Part shown: one piece after another, positions 26,146 to 39,885 of the stretch
Layout: each line of letters begins with the position of its first letter
How positions within the stretch are numbered: position 1 is the stretch's first letter
Assembly: GCF_021028975.2 (NCBI RefSeq)
Contig: NC_059431.1
Location: forward strand, 62,372,001 to 62,436,000
Direction: 5' to 3'
Source of the DNA: Sphaerodactylus townsendi
Taxonomy: Eukaryota
DNA length: 64,000 bases
Translations under genes and position numbers: made by a program
Notes under the pieces: generated by a model
Told to the model about the DNA's origin: nothing
Seen by the model: only the letters and a program-made list of their open reading frames with translations
Database searches by the model: none

Positions 26146-27669
26146 AATCAGTTATTCAATTTATTTGAACCCTCAGACATTCAAAAATTTATGTTTAACA
26201 GGCAAAGAACTATTTAATTTTTTAAAAGTTGCAAAGCTTGCTAAGCATTTAAAGAGAAACCAGTTGTCTCAATAAAGAAAATAATACATTTTCATGTGCC
26301 AAATTCAGCTTCAAAAGCATAGCAGAAACCTATGCAATACGCATATGTCTGACAATTCAAATAATATTTCATTTTGCCACTGTTAGGGGCATCAGTTTCT
26401 CAAAGCTGGTGTATATTTCCTGGGGCACAACTAAATCTTTAACAAGCATGCCTAAGTTTAAATGCAGTTCTCCAAAAAATATTTTTTCTTTGAAAATTGT
26501 TTGTGAAAATTAGATATTACACAAGCACTGATTAAAAAGTCTCTTTATTCCATTTGCTTCCTGTTACCAGAGATTCTTCTCAGCAATTTTAATTCAAAAT
26601 GTATAGCTAAAAGCAATTTATGCTGAAAAGCTGCTTATAGCACATATTTGTATATCTATAGCTGCTATCACAGATATAAATCACAATTCTTCCCTGACTG
26701 CAGGTTAATGTATAAGCTGGTTTATATCAACCATTGCTAGATTTACCTTTTTAAAAAGTGGGACTACCATACTAAGTTTAACAAAGTTCTGAGCTGCCCT
26801 CAAAAATACATGTATGTTCATATCTACATTTAAACTGTTCCTATTTTCTGGGACCTGTTCTTGGTTAAACAGTGCCTTTTAGAAAAATACAAGGGATAGT
26901 TTTTAAAAACAATTGAATAATTGAAATACAATTATTTAGAATATCCAGATGTTTAGAACTTCACCCACTCTTTTCTTATATTCCCCCTTAAGGGAAACTT
27001 AATATAATAACAATGCCAGTTATGTTCTATGGAATTTGCAAGCAAGACAACATATTTGGAAATCTTTTCCAAATATTATTTATTGTCGTATGGTTATTAT
27101 CATATGCTTATTATTATACATGTGTAAATACCCTAAAGTAATTAAGAAGAAACATACAACATAGCCAATAGTAGGTTATAGAAACTAGAAAATCTCATCT
27201 GTTAAATTTTGTGAGAGATTCTAGTTAAATCATATTCAAATTTCTAAATAGGTAAGGAAGATATTTATTATTTTATTTATTTCATTTCTACTCCACTCTT
27301 CAATGAGGCTCAGAGTGGCTTACAACATTCATTCCCCCTCCATTTTATTCTTACAATATCCCTGTGACACAGGTTGGGTTGAATGCGTGTTACTGGCCCA
27401 AAATCACCCAGCAAGCTTGCACAGCACAGTAGGAATTCAAACCTGTGTCTCCCAGAGCTTTGTCCATCACTCTAATGCACCACATCAGCTAACATAATAA
27501 TATGAAAACAGATGTTTCCATATATATTCAAGGTGGGATTAGTTTATCTGATTTCTTTAACAAGAAATTCTTTAGGAGTAATCATAAGAATATAGATCCT
27601 GAAAATCCTTTCTAAAAGTTTAACGTCTGTGCTCTATAAATAATATGATAGAAAATAATTATTTGGTCC

Positions 27670-27702
27670 AATAAAAATAAACATTTTCTGTTTCTTTGTA
27701 TT
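27670..27702 (+). terminator. Candidate distal polyadenylation signal of CTXN3
   Basis: Two adjacent AATAAA hexamers (aataaaaataaa) followed by a U/GU-rich tract, ending about 1.5 kb of AT-rich UTR-like sequence. A proximal AATAAA lies at 26271. Confidence 0.4.
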
Positions 27703-29099
27703 TAATTCTGTGAAGCCAACATGGCTTCAAATGCCTTTGTTTTTCTTATTAGGTAAAGATCAACCTACTTTTAAGAACCACTTAGTCAAATCGGCCAAGG
27801 TATCTGCTTTACAGTTCATCCTGTGCTAAGGACAAACAACCCACATTCAATGAGTTTTTCATTAGATAACTTTTATATATTCAGCGCAGGTACATCAAAC
27901 GTTTTATGCTGCTTTCCTTCACCATGCAAATGGATCCAGTTCATACTGCAGTCTGTCACATGAACAGCTAGCTTTACAGCTAACACTCGGATGAACCCCT
28001 CAGTCCACATTATTTGCTTGGTGAACTGCTCATCCTCCACACCATTATAGCCTCTCCCCCATCCAGATGAATGAGGGCAAGATTCCTTAACAGATCAATG
28101 TTGTTCTGTCCCCATTTCCTGGAATCCCCTATCTGGGTTGATGTAAGACTGTGTACCAGGCCAAAAATGTCCATGTGATGATAAATTCTATCACTCAAGT
28201 TTAATTAAACACATACACTAAATGCTTTTATATAATAGAAAATGGTTATTTTATTTCCTACCTGATTCAACTGTAACAGCATATCTGGAACCTCCAACTC
28301 TTGAAAATTCTATAGGAGAGGATAAAATGGAAGTAAATCTTCAATTTGCCATCCTCCTGCTGCTGCTAACAGATTTGAATCTAATCTCATTCCTCACTGT
28401 GCCCATTGCAACCCCCAATATCCCAGCCCCTGGGCCACAGTGGTCAGATGTACTAGACTGAATGTCTGAAAAAGAATACTGGACTAGAGGAAACATTATC
28501 CTATTCCAGCAGGACCAAAATAATGCCTTATAGAGATAAAAGACAAACCTTAGCTTCTACTTTCAGCATTCCAGTCTCAAGGTGTATCATCACATTTGAA
28601 ACTCACCTTGAGACCTAAAGGTCCACTTGGAGAAACTTAAATTGAACTAATTCTAACAGGGCAAAATCAGCCACCTGTGGTGCAAAATGTGTTCCATGTG
28701 ACAGTTGGGCTAGGCGGGATTTAACCTTGAATAATTTTAAGGCAGCAGGGACATAATGTTCCCCTTTAGAGTGACAAAGTTTGATAATGTTTAATGCTGA
28801 ACTTTCTTCCAGGCATGCAGCATTATTGATGTGGGTGACGAGAATTTGAAGCATGCAGGACCATTCCAAGGTACCTGAAGTTGGAGACCTGCTCAAACCT
28901 TTGGCCTTTTATGGTCCCAACCCTAGATTTTGGCCACTTGCCAAATGCGATAATCTTTGTTTTGTCATAGTTTATCTTTAATTTATCTTACTCACAACAG
29001 ATGGTAAACCTTGTGAGTGTAAAGTATAATGGAATGAGTCAGTTTGGATGGGTATAAATTTGCCATACCCTCTCCTACCACAAATTTTTAAAGAACAAT

Positions 29100-30560
29100 G
29101 ATCTAGCTATGCGGGGTCATACCTAGCCAAATTAAAATTTAAAACTGGTCTCAATATATTAAATGGGTCTACCCAGAAAGACCACCTGGGGGGGGGGATT
29201 TACCTACATGGCTGGAGATAAAGCCAGTACCTTAGATTTTATACGGTTGTGCTCCCTTCAAATATTGCCATATTTAGAAGGGAATAATTTCCCCCTATTT
29301 CTACAAGTCTCCCTAGCCTCAAAGGAGATTGGCTATTGCTTTTCAGTATCTGTTGTCCCCTCAGAACAATCAAACTGCCCTATAAGGTGGTCAAGCTGCC
29401 TAAAAACCCAGCTAAAAGAGATTCTAACAGCTGAAGACTTCCAGGCCTATTCTTCAGCCTTTCTGAATACCAACCCTAATCAGGATCTTCTATCTCTGTA
29501 TGAAACTCTCACGCAGAAGCTCAAAACTTTTTTATTTGAAGTTGAGAAACTGAAGGGTGATAAGCTTTACAAATCAAAACCAGTTCAACAAGACTTGTCT
29601 CAAAAAGAAAAGGGTTCTTACCCAGGCGAATCGTAATGACATTAGTGCACTCACACACAAAAAAATACAGACAAGACACCCAATTAGCTTTAGTAGATAT
29701 GAAAAAGTCTATAAATACTTAATCCTCCAAAATAAGAAATATATTGGAGAGTTTTTGGGGGATCTGATACAGGCTGCTAAAGACGAAAATTCAACTACAT
29801 TCTGGTGGTTGATCTAGGACCAAAGCTGGAATGACACCTCTCCACTTTATTCCCATTTATCACTTGACAACTGGGCCTCTTTTTTGCACAGAATGTATGA
29901 GGATGTTTCTCCTTCAGCTTGCTCCTCCTCAGCTTTTAAAGACCTCCCCAAGTGTTCCCCAGTTTCTTCAAAAGAGATGATCACACGCATAAACCAGCTT
30001 AAACCAGCTTAAACCAGGAGCAGCAGTGGCGTAGGAGGTTAAGAGCTCGTGTATCTAATCTGGAGGAACCGGGTTTGATTCCCAGTTCGGCCGCCTGAAC
30101 TGTGGAGGCTTATCTGGGGAATTCAGATTAGCCTGTACACTCCCACACATACCAGCTGGGTGACCTTGGGCTAGTCACAGCTTCTTGGAGCTCTCTCAGC
30201 CCCACCCACCTCACAGGGTGTTTGTTGTGAGGGGGGGAAGGGCAAAGAGATTGTAAGCCCCTTTGAGTCTCCTACAGGAGAGAAAGGGGGGATATAAATC
30301 CAAACTCCTCTTCTCTTAAAATGGCAAAGCTCCTGGCTTTGATGGCATTATCTGAGAATTTGTGAAAGGAAATATTGAATGATGGGCCCCTTTTCTATCA
30401 TCTACCTACACTGATGTTTCTGGCTATATTCGCCAAGGATTGGGGGATGGCCACTGTGGTCCCTTTTTTTAAAAAAGTATGCAGAAAAGATAGATCCAAA
30501 TATAGGTCTATTAGCTTATTAAGTATCACCAGCAATCTTCTACCAGCTCTATCCCTGGCT
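29100..30560 (+). mobile_element. Degenerate LINE ORF2 (endonuclease end to RT start), clade uncertain
   Basis: LNG...FTY...STLDFI endonuclease motif; LK|NGKAPGFDGI; KDWGMATVVPFFKK...SKYRSISLLS. Confidence 0.75.
30016..30316 (+). mobile_element. tRNA-derived SINE (Squam3-like), inserted in a LINE ORF2
   Basis: Same family; splits INQLK|NGKAPG of the host LINE; aaaccagctt is duplicated at the 5' junction. Confidence 0.9.
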
Positions 30561-31374
30561 TCCTTTTTTAAACATTCAGAACCTGTGAGCAATGAAGAAA
30601 GGGTATACTGGCCATATTTTATGAACATTTTTGTCCTTGCATGAACTAAGGTTCTCTTTTGCAAAAAGAGTACAAAGCTGTTCAAAGAGGGTCAGTTTCA
30701 GAGAACAGTTTCCTCACCATGAAAGCACATGGTCCTATATTCCCTCAAATTAGGAAGTTTATCCAAGTACAGCCCACTGTCCTGTGAACAAAAGAACTTC
30801 ATTCAGAAGCAAGTGTTTATTTGGCTGTACACCTGAATGTGCATCCAGTGCAAATGCAGATGTCATTTCCCTATCTGTTTAATTGGGAATACGTTTAGAC
30901 ATGCATACCAAGGCAAGAAAGCAGCCTGGTTGTCTTGAGAAGCATAAATGTCCTTCTTCCCCCATCCTGTTCATGGCCCACACACAGAAAGAGTAGAAAG
31001 AGGTTTTTTCTGTAGCCCTCCTCCATTTTTGCTGTGAAAATCAAACCTCATGAAAATTCAGTGAAATAGTATATTTTACAATTTCTAGTATTAAACTTGC
31101 TGGCTACATATGGATAACATCTTAGGACCACTCACAGGCAAAGCAGCAGCCTTTACATGCTCAGGAAATATGCAGAAAAAATCAACTTGTATATTAACTG
31201 AAAGAAGAAAATTAAAGCACAGTCTGAAAAGGACTGTAAGTGTCCTGGAAAAGGAGTGTGGAGAACACTTAAAGGGAAAAAAGGGAAGGAGGGAAATTAG
31301 CCTAGAGGTTCAAGCTGTTTAATTATGAAAAAAAAATGACTCAGTACATTAGTCTAGAGGAAATTAGTCTAGAG

Positions 31375-31732
31375 CAGGGGTAGGGAACCTTTAACACTCA
31401 AAGAGCCATTTGGACCCGTTTTCCATGGGAAAAGAAAACACTTGGAGCCGCAAATAATTTTTGACATTTAAAATAAAGATAACACTGTATATATTGGGGG
31501 GGGGGGTTTACCTTTTACTCCGCTCATTCTGAGAAGCGCATGGATGCGTCCGCCCTGCTGCCTGCGAGAGGGGAAGCCCGCGACGTGGCCCAGCCGGCTG
31601 TGGGCAGTTGGTGCACCTGTTCTGCTGCCTGCAGGGTGGGCAAGGATGGGGCCAGCAGCTTGGCTCGTGGAGCCGCAGTGCAAGGGCAGAAGAGCCTCAT
31701 GCGGCTCTCGAGCTGCAGGTTCCCTACCCCTG
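31375..31732. mobile_element. hAT-Charlie-type MITE
   Basis: TIR CAGGGGTAGGGAACCT / AGGTTCCCTACCCCTG, with perfect 8-bp TSD GTCTAGAG. Confidence 0.92.
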
Positions 31733-32307
31733 GTCTAGAGGTTCAAAAATGACTCAGTAAATTAAATTAAAAAGCCCTTCCTCAAAACTGTTTGGTAAAG
31801 ACTATGTTCCAAGAGCACAGACTACTGAGAGCACTGAGACTTCAGTGAAAATACAGAGGAGGAGGAATGGAAAGGGAACCAGCATATTCAAAGTCCTGAT
31901 AATTAAAAAAAAATAGAGATACACATATTGTGGGGTTGGATTTCTGAATTGTTTCCCACTCCTGGTGTTCTTTAAGAGATCACCTGGTTTGCCTTACTTT
32001 GTTCCTCCAGGATTCATACTTGCAGCAAGCTGAAGCTTGTTCCTTCATTTTATTTCACATTATATGAAAAGGTTTGTGTAAACAGGGGTTAAATGAGACT
32101 CCTGCCTTTTCTCAGTTAATCATAGAAGGAATAAAGTAGTGTCTGATCCCTTTGTGTGTCTGGTCTTGTTGTCTACCAGTTCTTGTTACCTCTCCTTTCT
32201 TTATCACTTCTAGTGTTAAATTACTGCTTTTTATATTTTAAAAAATCTAATTTTGGGAATACATTTTGTTGAAGGGACAGGTATCTATTGTCTAATAAAT
32301 CAAATAA

Positions 32308-32436
32308 NNNNNNNNNNNNNNNNNNNNNNNNNNNNNNNNNNNNNNNNNNNNNNNNNNNNNNNNNNNNNNNNNNNNNNNNNNNNNNNNNNNNNNNNNNNNN
32401 NNNNNNNNNNNNNNNNNNNNNNNNNNNNNNNNNNNN
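32308..32436. other. Assembly gap (N run)
   Basis: Run of N. Confidence 1.
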
Positions 32437-35400
32437 ATACAAACACTTTACAGAGATGATATCGCCAATTAACATCAATAATTCTGTTCTAATTTTTAAA
32501 AACCCCATTTATTTAGCAGTCTGGAGTCAAGCACTTGGAACTGTATAATTCGCTAGAAAACCTACATCACTTTAAAATTAGGCTCTGTTCTATTTTCTGT
32601 CAAGTTTTTTCATGTTACCATGAAGTTTATAAAATGCATTCACATGGATGACTGAAATTCTCATGATCATAAATCTCTTATAAGGGCAATTTAATGATTT
32701 CTATGTTGTTGCCTTAAGGGTAATTTTATCATTTCTATGTTGTTGTTTTCATCTTTGTGTGTAGAATAAGCATATGACAAAAGGATGTGACTCAGACTCT
32801 AATTAATGAAATGAACCAAATGAAAAAGCCATTTTCAACATTGTTGGTGCTATAATGGATTTGATTATTCAAAATGATGACAACATGTAATTTCCATAAA
32901 CATTGGACATATATTTTCTAATTACTAGCGCCTGCATTTTGTACTTTCTAGTCACACAAGCCAGAAGCAGGAAGGACAGTAAGGAGAGAGTGCATCTAAT
33001 TCAGTATCCTAAATGGCCATGACATCTTCTAGTTAAAAGAGCTAGCAAATCAGTCAGTGCACTGTCCCAATAGTTTTGAGAAAAGCTCAAGGTTTATTTA
33101 TTTATTTGATTTATATCCTGCCCTGTCCCCGCAGGACTAAGGACTGGTCACAACATAAAATTATTATATAGTTATTAAAACCTTTAAAAATATAAATATC
33201 AATACAAATATTAAAACAATGAAACTCCAGTGCCAATAGCTGATAAAAACAGATGGCAATAACTAATACATAATCCCCTTCACCACCTCTTGCCCCCCTC
33301 CCCCTATAATGTTATACTATGGCACTATTTCCATGCCAGTGCAACACTGTGCTCATACTCATGGGTTCTTTAGCAGCTTGCTTTGCTATTAGCAACTGCT
33401 TGTTGATGTACTACTAGCGGTCTTGTGGGATAAGGTGATTTGCTGTAGTAAGTATAAGAACATCACTATTTAGGCAGTATTATTCAATGTGTGAGCATTT
33501 CTTACTGAGATTTCTTCCAATGTAAAAAAATAGTGAATTGTTTGGCTACTAGATGCAAATCTTTTTGCATACTCTGCCACACTAACTTTTTCAGACTTTC
33601 TTTGGTTGCCATCCAGGATTCCATAATATAGAATTATGGGAATATTTTCTCCTACCTGTTGGCACTTAGCAGAAGGGATCCTTTGGATGAAGATACAGTC
33701 TCTGAGAATTTCATCCCACTTGAACAGGAAACAAATGGGAGTAATACTGATATTGAAGATGAAATGATCTAATAACCACCACCAGCAACAACAACAAAAC
33801 TTTCTTTTCATTTCCCTCTGGAGTATTATCCAACAGTTAGATAGAATAGAAAGGATTTAGGATGATAGGTTCTAATTGGTTTGGAATATTTTCTGGGTTC
33901 ATTGAGCTAATGCACATGTTGGACTCAAGCCTGTGCTCTAGCACAGGCCTACTTGTCTTTGTTCAAGCATCACTGATGTAATTAACTGCATGTCAAACCC
34001 TACAAGTTAATATGCTGTTGTTATATTTGGCTGATCAAAGAATATAATACTTTTTAAAAGTAGCATATAGTTGTTTTATTTATTTAAAACATTTCTGTGT
34101 TGCCTTGCCACTTAAATAGGGTCCCCTGGGTCTGAGCATTAAAACTTTCAAAAGATTAAATAACGTATAATTTAACAATGAAGTAAAGACATATAGACAC
34201 ACAAACACAATACAAGTTAGAGTTGCATGCTACCATAATTCAGTTTTGACCTCAATGTATTAATAATCTAGATTTGGCGATGAGCAATTTGGAATAAAAG
34301 AAACCACAGAGAGTGAAAACATAAAAAGAGTTTAGACAACTTAGAAGTATAAACAAAAGTATTTTTAAAATTATCTTGCTTAGACAGCATGTGAGTTTAG
34401 GTCATTCCAAGTTCTTTCTTAATAAATAAATCAAAGAAACTATTGTTTGGATATATTTGTAAGTGTAACTGAAGAACTTCAGATAGAAGTTTGTGCTCTC
34501 TATTTCCATATTTACTTACAAATGGTAAAAGCATGCTTTTTGTCTTTGCTGCAGTGTCCAGGCCAATTATTCAGTCAGAATTCCGGAGGCAGCCCAGAGG
34601 CGAAATACTCATGTACCAATCAGCACTCCATATTCTCCCACTCACACTGCCAACCAAACATCAAACACATAATAGTCTACACATTGGTGGCCAAGAAATG
34701 AAAACAACTCTATGCTGATAGCTATAACTGTAAAATTTAACCAGAGCCTCATTGGTCCCAGAGTTTGGCTTCTTATGAATAAGAAGAAGCTGTTACTAGA
34801 TCAAGCTGTTACTAGATCACTGAACAATGAACAGAGCTCAAGATTGGAAGGCAAGAAGGACTTCCATACTATTAGCAGTTTCTGAGAAGCCTCATGCAGG
34901 TCTTGGAAGAACTATCATATTGTTGTTGCACTTGAGGTGCTTTTGAGAGGGAATGAGTTGGGGCATAACGTGATAGTGAGGGCCAAGTGGCACTGAAGCG
35001 TGTAGTGAGCTGAACAATCTATTCCTTTTGTTGCCTTGATGACAATCAAGTCTCCTGCTTTTCTGATGTGAAACCCATATACTCAATTTTCAATTGATTA
35101 TCTGTATCTAATAGGTGTCCCTCCACAGTCCATGACTGAACATGTTAAAAAGGAAACTTGAAGGAAGCCATGTGGTTTCACTAGCTTTTCTCAAGTAATA
35201 AAAAACTAGCACTATGTACCAAAAATAGACTCTTTGAACTTTCAATTTAGACAGTGGGTGTGGGTTTTGGAAAGGAAATGAAAAGGGGGTGGAAATACTC
35301 CAAACACATCTATTCATTTCAAAAAATTCAATGACCTCAATTTGCTTCAGCTTATAACAAGGACCATTTAAATGTATTTCAAAGGCAACATGTAAAAGAA

Positions 35401-35815
35401 CAGAACTGTAAATGGGGAAATATGTAGGTCATCTCCAGAGGCCCTGCTTTGGGTGCCACTGACAGCTGAGGTGGCAACCTGAAAAAGACCTTTTCAGTTC
35501 TGGCATCAAACCTGGGAAACTCACTCCCTGGGGAGATTTATCTGTCTCTCTCTATTGCTGTCTTTCCCTCAGTGAGTGAAGACTTTTAAAATTTTGCATA
35601 GTATTCCATCACCAACTGTTATTAGCCCTCCCCCTTGTTTCTGTGCTTTCAGTTGTGCATGTATTTATGTTTACAGTATGCTTTATTTGTTTTAAATATA
35701 CCCCACACATACGTATGTATTATGTGTGAATGTATTTGAAATGCTTTTTAATGTCTCAAATATTCTAATGTTTACCACTCGAGGACCTTACAGTGCTTGG
35801 AAAGACCACACAACA

Positions 35816-36110
35816 CATATGGGAACAAATACAGTTAGAGATTTTTGAGAAACTGTCAAAAAATAAACTATGGGAAGAAAAGATGGAAGATATAATGAAA
35901 TTATGGACAGTGTATGAAACATGGATGGAAGAAGCCGGATTTAACAAAGAACTATGGAATAAGAGAATAAGAAGAATGAATCTCCTACTGCTTGCATAAA
36001 ACAATTAATAGAAAGGGGGGAGGGGGGGATGAAAAAAATGTATAGATGAAATGAAGATATTGAATGTAACAAATGCATAATTATTCTATACAATAAAATA
36101 ATAATAAAAA
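35816..36110 (+). mobile_element. 5'-truncated poly(A)-type retroposon, probably an L1-clade 3' end
   Basis: 17-bp TSD GGAAAGACCACACAACA (35799-35815 and 36111-36127); Trp/charged ORF tail; AATAAA and A-rich end. Confidence 0.8.
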
Positions 36111-36748
36111 GGAAAGACCACACAACAATGTTTAAAATAAATAAATAAATAAATATTAGATTTAGCTCTTTTTTGGCCTGACAGCATATTAATCACATGA
36201 TCAAATTTGCGATCAACTGTGACAGGAACATTAGGCATTCATTCTTTTATAAATTAAATAGTCAGTTGCTGGAATCAAATAAAAACTTTGTTCAATAATC
36301 AACCAGCACAGGGGAAGAGAAACAGATTGTTCCATATACCTTGATGTCTCCCTATACAATCACATACAATAGCATTGAGGAGTTTTCAAACTGAAATATA
36401 CTTTGGACAGAAATATTGCACTTGGAAAGGTGAATGGTGGGCCAGTAGGGTAGTCTTTCTTAAAATCCCACAAAGTTTGAAAAGGAAGTGTATGTCTGAA
36501 AACACATATTACAAGATATTTAGATTGGGGAAGGAGATACATGGCAACTTTAGGAAATGTTGAGTATGACCGTTTATGGTAACTATAAATGGACACTATG
36601 CTGATATGTACACAGAATCCAGTTTGGCACATGTCATTAACTGGACCCCAAATGAATCCACATCCCAGGCTATTCATTGCAGTAATATAGTTGATTCCCT
36701 AAGATCATGGAAACCCTGGTAAAGAGGCAAGAGAGTGGCTTCCTACCC

Positions 36749-37174
36749 CAGTGGTGGCGAACCTATGGCACGGGTGCCAGAGGTGGCACTCAGAGCCCTC
36801 TCTATGGGCACTCGCGCACAGAGTTCATCATGTGGAAGGGCCGTGGAAAATCACCCACCCACCCACACACACACACACACACACATATTTAGGCTGGCCT
36901 GGGCATGATCCTTTACCTGGGAGTAAGCTCGGTTGCTGGCAATGGGGCTTGCTTCTGAGTAAATCCTCCTAGGATCGTGATTCGCCCATTTGAAGCATTG
37001 CACGGTTGCTTCACTAAGCTTACTCCTGAGTAACGCGTGCCTCAGAGCTAACCGTTTTTTCTAAACTAAAACCTCAGTATTCAGGTTAAATTGCCGTGTT
37101 GGCACTTTGCGATAAATAAGTGGGTTTTGGGTTGCAATTTGGGCACTCGGTCTCGAAAAGGTTCGCCATCACTG
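36749..37174. mobile_element. hAT MITE with CAGTG(A/G)TGGCGAACC TIRs
   Basis: TIRs plus perfect 8-bp TSD TCCTACCC; internal (CA)n. Confidence 0.92.
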
Positions 37175-38079
37175 TCCTACCCCATTCCTGCCAATGGTAT
37201 GGGTTTTTTTTTAGCCCCAGTAACATGTGTAGCTTCTTCAGCTACCTTCTAAAACTGATAGAGTTCCGTGACAAATTCTCCATCTGGCATATCATCCTCA
37301 TGGGAGGCATCCAGTCATCCCCATGAAGCTTCTGCTGTCTCCACTTTGACTACCTCCTACATGTTTTTCTATACTATGATATTTATTCTGGTTCAAGTTT
37401 TGACAAGTTGCAACCATAGTTATTCATATTAAAAGAATATTGGCCACATCCCCCAGATATAAAACATTTCCCAGACCTCAGTATCCTGTTTATATTTCCA
37501 GTCCCTGCTTCACAAAATAAACCACAAGCATCCAGTGGAATCTACAAAAATTGCTGACCCCAAACATATTAATGCTGGAAGAATACCAGGAACACTGTCA
37601 CCCAGAGCAATCTCTAGCATTTCCCTTGAACCAAATGGCACAGTCTGTACCTAATATCAGGACTGTTTCCCAAAAGATGGAAAATGGCTTTTTCAAAATT
37701 CATTGAAGATTATGGAAGAATCTTCTATTATTTCCTCTGTTCTTTAACTTGTATTTTAAAAATAAATACTGTATTTGTGATTTACATGTTGCTTTAAGAA
37801 ATAACTATACACAATATTCCAGGTGAGGTTTAGAGGTACAATGCAAAATAGAGAGGTACAATTACATTCTTCGATCTAGACACTATACTCCAATTGATGC
37901 AGCCCAAAATCGCATTGGCTTTCTTGCCAATATTTCTTCCAATATTCTTTTAATATGAATATTCAGTTTGTGGCCTACTTATTGCACTGAAGACTATAAG
38001 TATTAGTCTTTAAGATCCTTTGTTGTTTCTGCTGATAAATCCAGTGAGATCTGCCCTCTTGTAAGTGTGCCTAGAACTG

Positions 38080-38168
38080 GGGTGTTGGGGTTCCCGGGCT
38101 GTATGGCTGTGTTCTAGTAGCATTTTCTCCTGACATTTCACCTGCATCTGTGACTGGCATCTTCAGAG
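38080..38168 (-). mobile_element. Penelope-like terminal fragment
   Basis: Minus strand ctctgaagatgccagtcacagatgcaggtgaaatgtcaggag..., flanked by a 13-bp near-perfect duplication gtgccta(g/c)aactg. Confidence 0.8.
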
Positions 38169-39658
38169 GTGCCTACAACTGCAGCATGAGAATCTATTTT
38201 GGTAATCTATATTAATTTGGTAATCTAAATTAATTTGAAGATATGATTGCAGTTATTGATATAGTTTAATCCATAATTGGCTTTGTAATGGCCCTTTAAA
38301 ATTATTAGGAAGTCATTTTTATGTCTCAGTATTAGATGGAAGCTATTCCAAGCCCCTTCCTCAGAGGAATTAATAGAAATTGTAAAAAAAACAAAAACAA
38401 AAGAGGGAATGGAAAACAAACATTTATTTGGCCACTGGGTGCCACTCTTCTTCCTTGCCAGTCACCATATTCCTCTACCATAGCAGCAAAATGACATCAC
38501 CAGAATGTAAGGTTACTAATTCAATCAGCACAGGGATATCGGTTCATATTTAGCCCTTTAATTTATGGGTAGAAAGTGGAAACAGAGCAATATCTTTTTA
38601 GGATTTCCCAAGATCATAATATCTAGGAAAGAGATGTTCTTATGGGTAAAAAAACCCCCAACCACATAATTATCATATCAGTGAAATCTGGTCAGCCTGC
38701 TGTGATTTTCTTTTAGATTAATGGCATCATTCCTTGCTCTCCAAGGATGGGCTCTTGGTATATAAAAACAAGAACACTGTCTATCTGATTCATCCACCTT
38801 GGACCTAAATTAAATGCTGTACTGAAGCTTCATGGAATAGTAGGCCCACAGCTGCTTCTCCTTTATTTTATTTACAACATGTACCTCAGAAATTTTCTAT
38901 GTGGTTTGATCTCATGGTAAATAGATCATTTCTGTGGGGCAGGCAAATAATGTGATTACATTGGATTTTGTAGTGACTAAATTGATGAAAAACAAAGCTG
39001 CAAAGATCATGTATTTTCAAGACACCTGTTGAGCAGAATAACAGGCCCAGCTATATGCATTTAATTCACTTACTCTAACTTGGGCCCGGTGGGGACAGGG
39101 CTATTGTCTGAATATAAAGAAAAAAACTGTTCTGAATTTTTTTAATATCACACCTGACTTATGATAATCTGGTATGGTTTTTAAGGCAAGATACATTCAG
39201 AGGTGGTTTGCTATTGCCTGCCTCTGCATCACAAGCCTAGACTTCCTTGGTGGTCTCCCATCCAGATACTAACCGGGCCAACCTTGGTTCAAAGATCTGA
39301 TGAGATCAGACTATTCTGGTCTATCCAGGTCAGGCATTCAGAATAACAATGTTCAATAACTAGAAATATTGCTGCAAACAGAAATACATTGTCTGAAGCA
39401 AACAGAGTCAAAGATATGTATGCTTGTGTAATTCCAGCAAGAAATACTATGCCAGTATAGTAATAATAATCTTAATCTTACAGATTATTATTTGATACTT
39501 GTCCTACCAATTTAAAACTGTATTTTCTTCCTGACTGAGGAATGCAGAAGCAGATATATATATATCTGCATTCCTTGCCTTTGGGGGCAAGAGTAGCTTT
39601 TTGATGTTTGCCATCATGGTTACATTAGCAATGTTATAGCAAAGTGGGAAACAGTAGG

Positions 39659-39885
39659 TTAGAATCATAGAACTGGAAAAGACCACAAGTGCTGTCAAGT
39701 CCAACCCCCAGCCATGCAGGAACACACAATCAAAGCACTCATGACATATGATCATCCAGCATCTGTTTGAAATATTTCAAAGAAGGAGACTCCACCACTC
39801 TCCGAGGCAGTGAATTCCACTGTCGAACAGCCCTGACAGAAAGTTCTTCCTAATGTTTAGGTGGAATCTCTTTTCCTGAACCTCA
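39659..39885 (-). mobile_element. CR1 3' end fragment
   Basis: Minus strand RFHLNIRKNFL...and a CR1-like tail (...tctatgattct). Confidence 0.85.
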
